From the NCBI GenBank assembly GCA_964493105.1, contig CAZBNI010000001.1, positions 1-28,366 of the forward strand: DNA of 28,366 nt, given 5' to 3'. The translations under genes and the position numbers were made by a program. Source of the DNA: an uncultured Gammaproteobacteria bacterium. GTDB lineage: Bacteria; Patescibacteriota; Patescibacteriia; UBA10025; JAHIVO01. Below the pieces are notes generated by a model that saw nothing but the letters and a program-made list of their open reading frames with translations, was not told where the DNA came from and ran no database searches. Positions 18,528-25,860 of this stretch are shown here, in pieces (position 1 is the stretch's first letter; every line of letters starts with the position of its first letter).

Positions 18528-19840
18528 TTTAATAACTCCCTTACCACCTTCCGGTCATCCCATGGCACCTTTTTGCCGCCATTGATAGCCATTACAGTCT
18601 CACTGCCCTTACCGGTAATCAATACAATATCATTTGGTTTTGCGAGCAACAGGGCTTTGGCCAGTGCTTCACGCCTATCCAAAATGGCAAAACAATTCTC
18701 ATCTAGTTTCTTGCCAACCTCAAGCGTCCCCTTGAGTACATCGTCAATAATAATCTGGGGGCCTTCATCATAAGGATCTTCATTAGTCACAATAACAAAA
18801 TCAGCATATCTTCCCGCAAGCCGCCCAAGAATCGGTCGCTTTGCCTTGTCACGACCACCCCCCTGCGACCCGAGCACACTAATAATCTTATGTGGCTTCA
18901 GGCGTCGCGCTGTCTGAAACACGGATTCAAGAGACGCTGGCTCATGCGCGTAATCAACAAAAATTCGAAAGCCGTATTTATTGCCGATTTCTTCCATCCT
19001 GCCGGGAAGAAGCGAAACCTGTTCAAGTGTAATACTCATCTCCGAGAGTGCAATCCCCTGGGACATACCGACCGTAATAGCAGCGAGTGCATTGGATACA
19101 TTAAACTCGCCTAATAGCTGGAGGTGAAATTGCTGTCCACTAACTACAAAATCACTGCCGTCCTTTTTCAATACAATATTATACGCGTGTAGTTCTTGTT
19201 CAGCAGATTCGCCCTTCATATCAATATCCTTCAGCCCAAATGTCCATTTTTCATCAGCAGACGATTCCAAAAACCGCTCCGCTTCAAGATCATCAGCATT
19301 CACAATGCTTATTTTTTGTATCTGCTGTTTATTGATTATTTTATGGCAACTGTTTTCCAGACGTTGCATCAGTTTCAGCTTAGCAGCGCGATAATTTTCA
19401 TAACTGCCGTGCGCCTCAATATGTTCCGGCGATAAATTGGTAAACACCGCGATGTCATAATCGATACCAAGGTGCCGATACTGGGCAATGCCCTCTGACG
19501 ATGTTTCGATAATCGCATACTGGCAACCCGATCGTACCATCTGCTGCAGCAATTTTTGCAAGCGAAACCTCCCAGGCATGGTCTGTTTTGTTTCATTCGC
19601 CCATTCTTTGTCGCCGATCTTAAAATTGATCGTTGAAATAATCCCAGTCGAAAAACCAGCACCCTCGAGTACTTTGGAAACCAGATTAACCACTGTTGAT
19701 TTACCTTTGGTGCCAGTCACTCCAATAACTATCAATTTCTGTGAAGGATACTGATAAATAAAAGATCCCACATGAGCCAATATCAGATGGTATAACTGCA
19801 AGACAAAGGTTGGTGTCAATTTTCGTATCGCCTGTTTCAT
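18524..19840 (-). CDS. murE: UDP-N-acetylmuramoyl-tripeptide synthetase MurE
   Basis: IGVTGTKGKST, TMPGRFRLQ, IETSSEG, FTNLSPEHIEAH, PGRMEE, VDYAHEP, GGGRDKAKR, NEDPYDE, GKGSE. Confidence 0.93.
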   Translation of the reverse strand: MKQAIRKLTPTFVLQLYHLILAHVGSFIYQYPSQKLIVIGVTGTKGKSTVVNLVSKVLEGAGFSTGIISTINFKIGDKEWANETKQTMPGRFRLQKLLQQMVRSGCQYAIIETSSEGIAQYRHLGIDYDIAVFTNLSPEHIEAHGSYENYRAAKLKLMQRLENSCHKIINKQQIQKISIVNADDLEAERFLESSADEKWTFGLKDIDMKGESAEQELHAYNIVLKKDGSDFVVSGQQFHLQLLGEFNVSNALAAITVGMSQGIALSEMSITLEQVSLLPGRMEEIGNKYGFRIFVDYAHEPASLESVFQTARRLKPHKIISVLGSQGGGRDKAKRPILGRLAGRYADFVIVTNEDPYDEGPQIIIDDVLKGTLEVGKKLDENCFAILDRREALAKALLLAKPNDIVLITGKGSETVMAINGGKKVPWDDRKVVRELLK

Positions 19841-19865
19841 AATGACCGAATTCTATTCAGTATCG

Positions 19866-20927
19866 CTATTTAACATTCTGACTTGCTTCGTACGTCGGCA
19901 CCACGTTGATTGTCAGGCTCACCTGCCGGTCAAGCTCATCAACCAAAATGTCAGATAAGCGCCGTACATGCAGTGAGGTAATTTCATTTGGCGAGCGTAG
20001 CGTAGCATTGATCAGAACTAGCCCTCCATTGGAATCCACCGACAAATCAGTAATCACCGTATTCGTCGTATAATTTTCAATAACATCACGTATTGCCCCA
20101 CGCTGCTGGTTTTCTAACAAAATACCTTTCATTACCAAGGTTAATGGGATGATAATGATAATAAGAAAAATAACAAACCAGCTAACATTCCCCATTGCCA
20201 AACTCTTACTTGACCCACGCCTTGGAAACTTAACCCCTACCAGTAAAAATAATATAATAGACGAAAACGTCATTGCGATCAGATTGGTGAAATACAAAAG
20301 CGCCGCACCGGTCGCCAGCACAAAATTACCCGTTGCAAACATGATACCCATAACCGACAGCGGCGGCACTAATGCAACAGCCGCAACCACGCCAGCCAAC
20401 GCAGACGAAAGTTTTGGGTGGGCGATCGCAAACGCACCGACAAACCCCGCAGCCAATGCTATAAATAATTCAAACAAAGTCGGCTTGGTACGTATAATAA
20501 TCTCTCTGCTCTCACCAAGATACGGTGAAAACACACCAATCACAAATGAAACCAGAAATATTATCAGTGTTGACTTGAGAATCGTTAATATTGTTCGCTT
20601 CAACAAACGTCGATTCCCTTTGATAATCGCAAGCGCCAAAGCGAGAAAAGGCCAGATCAACGGCGCGATAATCATACCGCCAATGACAACTGCGGCATTA
20701 TCAGTAATCAAACCAAGCGCGACAATAATAGTAGAGCAAATAGTAAGAACAATATAATCAAGCTTTGGCTTGGACCGTTCCTTGATGTCATCACTGAATT
20801 TCTTCTGACGATCCTCGTCAATTCGGAAAAAACCAACATACTTTTTGACCGGCTTTTCAATCTTTTTTTCCAGCTGCTCTATTTTGTTGTCATCCTTATT
20901 TTGTTGTTTGATTGAGCCATTTTTCAT
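19866..20927 (-). CDS. DUF389 / TIGR00341-family membrane protein
   Basis: IVALGLITDNAAVVIGGMIIAPL, RTKPTLFELFIALAAGFVGA, LAGVVAAVALVPPLSVMGI; multiple TMs. Start MKNGS at 20927 preferred. Confidence 0.88.
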   Translation of the reverse strand: MKNGSIKQQNKDDNKIEQLEKKIEKPVKKYVGFFRIDEDRQKKFSDDIKERSKPKLDYIVLTICSTIIVALGLITDNAAVVIGGMIIAPLIWPFLALALAIIKGNRRLLKRTILTILKSTLIIFLVSFVIGVFSPYLGESREIIIRTKPTLFELFIALAAGFVGAFAIAHPKLSSALAGVVAAVALVPPLSVMGIMFATGNFVLATGAALLYFTNLIAMTFSSIILFLLVGVKFPRRGSSKSLAMGNVSWFVIFLIIIIIPLTLVMKGILLENQQRGAIRDVIENYTTNTVITDLSVDSNGGLVLINATLRSPNEITSLHVRRLSDILVDELDRQVSLTINVVPTYEASQNVK

Positions 20928-21086
20928 ATGGTTTGAATGCTCTGTTAATTGGCAATTCCAAAATGCACGGAACTTTAAATGAATGGTGCTTAACAACGAA
21001 TTGCTCGATTTTTTTAAAATTCTTCTTTTTGGTAGTCACGAGCGTTATCACGCCTTTTGTACTTACGATGCGCTCTACTCAATACG

Positions 21087-21485
21087 TTACAAAGCTCTGA
21101 TGAGATTGCCGTCCGGATCCAGTTCTACAAAATGCTTCGCCGTTCCGTCACGGTATGCCGAACATTGATTTTGTGGCAATTCATCAACAGTCTCCCGCGG
21201 CTCATGGGCAATATCAGCAACCCAGTCGGGAATTACCTCATTAGAAATACAAGGGCCGTCAGATAAATCTTCCCCTTCCAGAAATTTCGCCCGCCATAAT
21301 TCTTTCGCTTTTGCTACAGCGAGGTCTTTGTCGGCTTTTTCTTTGATTTTTAGACTGGCAGTGCCAGTTACCACCTCAGTGGCAGTAAACGAATTTGAAT
21401 TATCATCTGCTTTCTTTTCCCCACAGCCACTCAAGAAAATCACGGCGCATAAAACAAAAGTGAGTACAAATATTTTTTTAAACAT
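21087..21485 (-). CDS. Lipoprotein of unknown function
   Basis: Signal peptide with lipobox LSGC; compact C-terminal domain GPCISNE...DIAHEPR...NQCSAYRDG...HFVELD with two Cys. Confidence 0.8.
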   Translation of the reverse strand: MFKKIFVLTFVLCAVIFLSGCGEKKADDNSNSFTATEVVTGTASLKIKEKADKDLAVAKAKELWRAKFLEGEDLSDGPCISNEVIPDWVADIAHEPRETVDELPQNQCSAYRDGTAKHFVELDPDGNLIRAL

Positions 21486-21517
21486 AGAATCTCTATTAAC
21501 CTCTCTTAATCCATTTT

Positions 21518-21546
21518 ATTATAATGTTTTTATCGCTAAAAAACAA
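21518..21546 (-). promoter_or_regulatory. sigma70 promoter for the lipoprotein gene
   Basis: TTGTTT-N17-TATAAT. Confidence 0.55.
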
Positions 21547-21621
21547 ATAGGTCAAACACTACCCCCGTACGAAATAAAAATATGGTATGCTAATAACATA
21601 CTCCTTATCATTGATCCCGTC

Positions 21622-23142
21622 ATGGACATAAAAAAACAAATACTCAACATAATCACGAATAGTAAGGTGCACGTACTTCTTCTCCTTGTTATTTCTAGCG
21701 TCCTTCTTTTCCAAAACTTACACAAAGGCAGCCTTGCTGATTTTGACGAAGCTACGTATGCACAAATTTCTCGCACTATCGTTGAAACCGGAAATTGGAC
21801 CGATTTACAATGGATGGGTAGTAATTGGTTTGAAAAACCACCATTGGTTTTTTGGCTGACCGCGCTGAATTACAAATTCTTTGGTGTAAGCACGCTGACC
21901 ACTCGATTGTGGCCAGCTCTTTTTGGAGTCCTGACAATCATTGCCGTATACTATCTTGGACTGACCATGTTCAGGAATAAAACGGTTGGTTTTTTTAGTG
22001 CAGGCATTCTCCTAACCAGTTCCCAGTTTCTCCAAATGTCACGTTTCTTTATGCTCGATGTTCCCGTTGTTTTTTTTATAACAACCACACTATTATTTTA
22101 CTGGCTCGGAAAAACAAAAACACACCACTTTTTTTATCTATCCGCCTGTATGAGTGGCCTTGCCGTTTTAACCAAAGGACTTACCGGACTTATTGGACCT
22201 CTTATCATCATTTTTTTCATATTCTGTACCAAAGAGTATGAAAAAATTTCGTGGCGCACTTTCTCACTTTCATGCCTACTATTCTTCGCCGTTACGGCAC
22301 CGTGGCATGCAATTGAAACCATAAAATTCGGTTCATATTTTTGGGAACAGTTTTTTAATGGACAAACACTCACCATATTGCAAAGCGAACATTCTCTTCA
22401 GAACCTCCCAAAAATGATATATGTAGATACGCTCATATACGGCTTTTATTGGTGGGTGTACCTGTCCGCTGCCGCGATCTTTTATTATTGTGCGCAGTTT
22501 GTTATTAAGAAATCACAACATCTATTATTTCTGCTGATTTGGGTTGCGGTGATTGTTACGATACTCTTCATTACAAAAATTAATATTCCCCAATATATCC
22601 TTCCCATATATCCTGCACTTGCACTGCTCGCTGGATTGTTGCTCAAAGATCTGACAGTTCCTTTTAAAAAAACAAAACTGCTTCCAGTAGGCGCTTTGAT
22701 ATTCATTGTCATCTTCACGCTGAGATTTCATTTCCCAGAGGCTCTGTACTGCAACACAACTTTCTATAATATAAATCAATACATTGACGATGCAACAGTG
22801 CTTGTCCATGAGTCAATCCCATTGCATTCGGGAAAAAATCCCGGACCTCTTTTTTATCTAGGCAATCAGCGTGTAAAACTCGATGAAATTAAAAACAAAT
22901 ATCTCAATCAAAAGGATGCTGCCACACTCTTTGTTATTAAGAAAAAAGATTTCCTTGAGACAACGACATTTAAGGAGGCAACAATATTATTTATGGATCA
23001 AACATATATTTTATTTACTGCTCCTGAAAATTCAGCTATGAGGAAAAACCCGCAATATGCCCCGGCTGAACAAAAATCACCGCTACGGTATTGCTATCCA
23101 TATATTACAATGTGGCAGTATACTACTCCGCTAATCTATTAA
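21622..23142 (+). CDS. GT-C fold glycosyltransferase, ArnT/PMT (GT39/GT83-like) family
   Basis: DFDEATYAQISRTIVETGNW, WFEKPPLVFWL, RLWPALFG, SRFFMLDVP, LAVLTKG, PWH, QYILPIYPALALL. ATG 21622 preferred because the longer ORF-track start overlaps the opposite-strand lipoprotein. Confidence 0.9.
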   Translation: MDIKKQILNIITNSKVHVLLLLVISSVLLFQNLHKGSLADFDEATYAQISRTIVETGNWTDLQWMGSNWFEKPPLVFWLTALNYKFFGVSTLTTRLWPALFGVLTIIAVYYLGLTMFRNKTVGFFSAGILLTSSQFLQMSRFFMLDVPVVFFITTTLLFYWLGKTKTHHFFYLSACMSGLAVLTKGLTGLIGPLIIIFFIFCTKEYEKISWRTFSLSCLLFFAVTAPWHAIETIKFGSYFWEQFFNGQTLTILQSEHSLQNLPKMIYVDTLIYGFYWWVYLSAAAIFYYCAQFVIKKSQHLLFLLIWVAVIVTILFITKINIPQYILPIYPALALLAGLLLKDLTVPFKKTKLLPVGALIFIVIFTLRFHFPEALYCNTTFYNINQYIDDATVLVHESIPLHSGKNPGPLFYLGNQRVKLDEIKNKYLNQKDAATLFVIKKKDFLETTTFKEATILFMDQTYILFTAPENSAMRKNPQYAPAEQKSPLRYCYPYITMWQYTTPLIY

Positions 23143-23153
23143 CAGCCCAAATA

Positions 23154-23189
23154 ACAACCCCCCTGTGCCAAATGACAAAGGAGAGTTGT
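23154..23189 (-). terminator. Hairpin between the convergent glycosyltransferase gene and metK
   Basis: ACAAC/GUUGU-closed stem with G-U pairs on the minus strand; weak U tail. Confidence 0.4.
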
Positions 23190-23208
23190 CGAATGTATAG
23201 CAAACGAA

Positions 23209-24369
23209 TTACTGCTTTAGTACGTCTACTTTATCCAACTTTTCCCAAGGAAATTCAACGTCGGTTCTGCCAAAGTGTCCGTATGCTGCCGTTTTTTCAT
23301 AGATTGGTTGCTTCAGGTTTAACTCTTCTATGATATCAGCAGGCTTGATTGGAAAATTTGCAATCACCAGCTTTTCAATCTCCTCGTCAGTAATTGTACC
23401 AGTACCAAACGTATTGACCATAACTGAAACAGGCTGCGCAACACCAATCGCGTATGCCAACTGAACCTCGCACTGCTTCGCGAGTTTTGCCGCAATAATA
23501 TTCTTAGCAATATACCGTGCAACATACGAAGCGCTGCGATCTACTTTGGTAATACATTTTCCCGAAAAACAGCCGCCACCATGTGCCCCATACCCGCCAT
23601 AGGTATCAACAATAATCTTTCTGCCAGTCAGCCCAACATCTGCAGGAGGACCGCCAATCAAAAACTTACCAGTTGAGTTAATAAACGTCTCAATGTCATC
23701 ATGGTACCAATTACCAAGTACTGGTTTAATAACGCGCTTTTTGATATCTTTGCGCAGCTGCCGCATAGCAATGTCTTCTGAATGGTGTGCGGCAATCACA
23801 ACAGTCGTCACGCGTTGTGGTTTACCATCAAGGTATTCAATCGTAACCTGCGACTTACCATCCGGGCGCAGATACGGAAGCGTACCGTCTTTGCGAACTT
23901 CCGAAAGACGACGGGCGAGCTTATGGGCCAATGAAATCGGAAGTGGCATCAACTCTTCAGTTTCATCACATGCATACCCAAACATCAGGCCCTGGTCACC
24001 AGCGCCCTGCTCTTCATAATCTCCTGTGCCGTCAACGCCCTGTGCAATATCAGGCGACTGCTCATGCAGTGTGACGATCACTCCAATATCTTTATAACAA
24101 AAACCATGCTCCGGTCTGCTGTAGCCGATCTGCTTCAGGGTTCGGCGGACAACTTTCTGGATATCAACATATGCCTTGGTACGTGCTTCTCCACCGACCA
24201 TAACCAAGCCAGTCGTGGCAAAACATTCAATACCTGCGTGTGTATCAGGATCTTGTTTGAGCATCTCGTCATAAATAGCATCTGAGATTTGATCACACAC
24301 TTTATCTGGGTGTCCTTCGGTAACTGATTCTGAGGTAAACATTTTTTTTCCTTTTGTTCTGCTGATCAT
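23209..24369 (-). CDS. metK: S-adenosylmethionine synthetase
   Basis: [61 protein letters not shown]. Confidence 0.99.
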   Translation of the reverse strand: MISRTKGKKMFTSESVTEGHPDKVCDQISDAIYDEMLKQDPDTHAGIECFATTGLVMVGGEARTKAYVDIQKVVRRTLKQIGYSRPEHGFCYKDIGVIVTLHEQSPDIAQGVDGTGDYEEQGAGDQGLMFGYACDETEELMPLPISLAHKLARRLSEVRKDGTLPYLRPDGKSQVTIEYLDGKPQRVTTVVIAAHHSEDIAMRQLRKDIKKRVIKPVLGNWYHDDIETFINSTGKFLIGGPPADVGLTGRKIIVDTYGGYGAHGGGCFSGKCITKVDRSASYVARYIAKNIIAAKLAKQCEVQLAYAIGVAQPVSVMVNTFGTGTITDEEIEKLVIANFPIKPADIIEELNLKQPIYEKTAAYGHFGRTDVEFPWEKLDKVDVLKQ

Positions 24370-24385
24370 TTTAAATTTGTTTAGT

Positions 24386-24414
24386 AATAAAAAAATCTCT
24401 GTTACAAGAGATTT
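24386..24414 (-). terminator. Expression-platform terminator of the SAM-I riboswitch
   Basis: AAAUCUCU/AGAGAUUU stem followed by UUUUAUU; its 5' arm can alternatively pair with GAUAAGAGAUU at the P1 3' end. Confidence 0.75.
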
Positions 24415-24425
24415 AGAGTTAATCT

Positions 24426-24553
24426 CTTATCTACCCCCGCAAAGCGGGGCTGGAGTTAGCACCTTGCCAATCAGGTCCTGAAACAAGTTCAGGACTCCTT
24501 CGGAGGTTGCTGGAACGTCATCGGGCCAGGACCCTCAGTTCACTCTTGATAAG
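24426..24553 (-). promoter_or_regulatory. SAM-I (S-box) riboswitch upstream of metK
   Basis: CUUAUCAAGAG...GAGGG..UGGCCCGAUGAC...CAGCAACC...AAGGUGCUAACUCC...GAUAAG matches the SAM-I consensus; P1 is CUUAUC/GAUAAG. Confidence 0.95.
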
Positions 24554-24576
24554 GTTGGTTTGTTAAGGTATTTCGC

Positions 24577-24605
24577 AGTATAGCACCTCTGGAAAAAATG
24601 GTCAA
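24577..24605 (-). promoter_or_regulatory. sigma70 promoter for SAM riboswitch-metK
   Basis: TTGACC-N17-TATACT with TGC extended -10. Confidence 0.75.
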
Positions 24606-24635
24606 TATTGTCAAAACGAATCGCGAACCAGATAT

Positions 24636-24872
24636 AAAAAAATATGCCGAGCCTACGGGTTATAAGGTCCCGAGGCGAAGCATCCTTAAAGGAGAGAGGA
24701 GAAATGAGGGGAGAAACTTGCTTCTTCCCTCATAGACTTTAAAAAGCCTGTACCTGTCTACACACTATTTCGTTGAATAATGTACACAGGTGGTACAGGC
24801 TTTAAAGAAGAAAACCCTTCTTTGTACAGAGAGGGTCGGGATCCTTCCAAACAATTGCCTGGTCGGATCACC
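24636..24872 (-). ncRNA. Candidate ~235-nt structured noncoding RNA (6S-like or novel)
   Basis: Own promoter immediately upstream, U7 tract at the 3' end, no credible ORF. Perfect 12-bp stem (24743-24754/24792-24803), several further hairpins and a 10-bp long-range stem. Confidence 0.55.
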
Positions 24873-24879
24873 AAAAGTA

Positions 24880-24908
24880 AGTATAGCACGTTTAGCCAAT
24901 AAAATCAA
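24880..24908 (-). promoter_or_regulatory. sigma70 promoter driving the candidate ncRNA
   Basis: TTGATT-N17-TATACT with TGC extended -10; same GTGCTATACT core as the metK promoter. Confidence 0.75.
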
Positions 24909-24992
24909 CCATAAAGTCATCTCAAATTGGGAATAAAAAAGTTAAACACAAAAATCCCTTCAAAAGTATGAAAATCTGACGGTTTCATTAAA

Positions 24993-25421
24993 TCAAAAAT
25001 GGTATTTTGTTTTTCTTTCCCAAACGCACGCTAGAAAGCATGCGCTCGGTTGGTGAAATAAAATGATAATTAACGCCCCCAGCGCATCTTCTCTAAGATG
25101 CGCTGGTTTGTAAATAAATATGATCTGGTATCCTTTGATGCGGTTCCCAGAAAGAACGAAACAAAAATCAATACAAAAAGGCACGAGTGGATCCCCATGC
25201 CTTTTAATTTTATCGGGTATGTATCAATACCCCATGAGTCGTGCGATTGCTGCACCGGTGAGTTCTGGTCCTGCTTGTTCACTTAGCCTAAAGAGTTCGA
25301 CAAACGCGAGTTTGCTGGGACGTGTCTGTATGATATCCAGCGCTGCAAGACACACAAGGTGTGCCAACGACTTTTCAAAAAGAACAAAACACAACATCAT
25401 CAATAATCTCCATCTTCTCAT
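24993..25421 (-). pseudogene. Possible degenerate hypothetical gene with an in-frame TGA
   Basis: ORF-track ORFs 25224-25421 and 24993-25184 share one frame, separated by a single TGA (25224-25226); TTGACA-N16-TATTAT upstream at 25498-25525. Confidence 0.3.
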
Positions 25422-25534
25422 GTATTTTCACTACCATAACGTATCTAAACATGCTCTGTCAAATTTTAAAATACTCTCTTTAAAGAGTTAATACTACATA
25501 ATAGACAAAAAAATATATGTGTCAAGCCCTCAGC

Positions 25535-25830
25535 TCTGAGTCGCTCGGACTCGAAGAGGAGCTTCATTAAATCTTATCCAACTTTAATTACCGCCATTAT
25601 TGAATAATCGTATAGAAAATTGTGGTGATGAGGAGTGGTCCCGATACGCATGTGAGGGATTCGAACCCGCTTACCTCAACGCGTATGCGTGGAGGCGACC
25701 GAAGGGAGTTCGGGTCGAACACGACAAAAATCCAATTTTCAAGATTATGAAACTTTGGCGGCGTCTTCCTGACATTCGTCAGGACATGCTTTTGTTCTAC
25801 TTTGGCGCCTGCCCCGCTGAATATCGGGGG
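25535..25830. repeat. Cluster of short GC-rich palindromes (REP-like)
   Basis: GAGTC-gctcg-GACTC (25538), TCCTGAC-attc-GTCAGGA (25767), CCCCG-ctgaatat-CGGGG (25812); ACTTTGGCG occurs twice (25752, 25798). Confidence 0.5.
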
Positions 25831-25860
25831 ACGAGCGGAAAAGTATTAATAAATTAAAAT

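Noticed and set aside
21328-21621. 98-aa N-terminal extension of the glycosyltransferase
   Set aside because: It is antisense to the lipoprotein gene and crosses the divergent promoter region
24704-24742. Plus-strand 12-aa ORF MRGETCFFPHRL with a double SD, as a type I toxin or leader peptide
   Set aside because: Not hydrophobic, no convincing plus-strand promoter, and the ATG lies in a stem; kept only as an alternative reading of the anti-SD tract
24636-24872. T-box, tmRNA, RNase P or SRP identity for the structured RNA
   Set aside because: CGGGACC only loosely resembles UGGNACC and lacks the flanking antiterminator and Stem I motifs; no tRNA-like ends, no GAGGAAAGUCC, no SRP GGAAG/AGCAG loop
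25224-25226. TGA recoded as Gly/Trp (genetic code 25 or 4)
   Set aside because: The long core genes contain no in-frame TGA, and TGA ends the aminotransferase (27576) and the 118-aa gene (5814)
25645-25690. tRNA gene
   Set aside because: Only a T-loop-like motif with an imperfect stem; no D-arm, anticodon arm or acceptor stem
25600-25857. 85-aa plus-strand ORF
   Set aside because: TTG start without SD; the sequence is explained by palindromic hairpins
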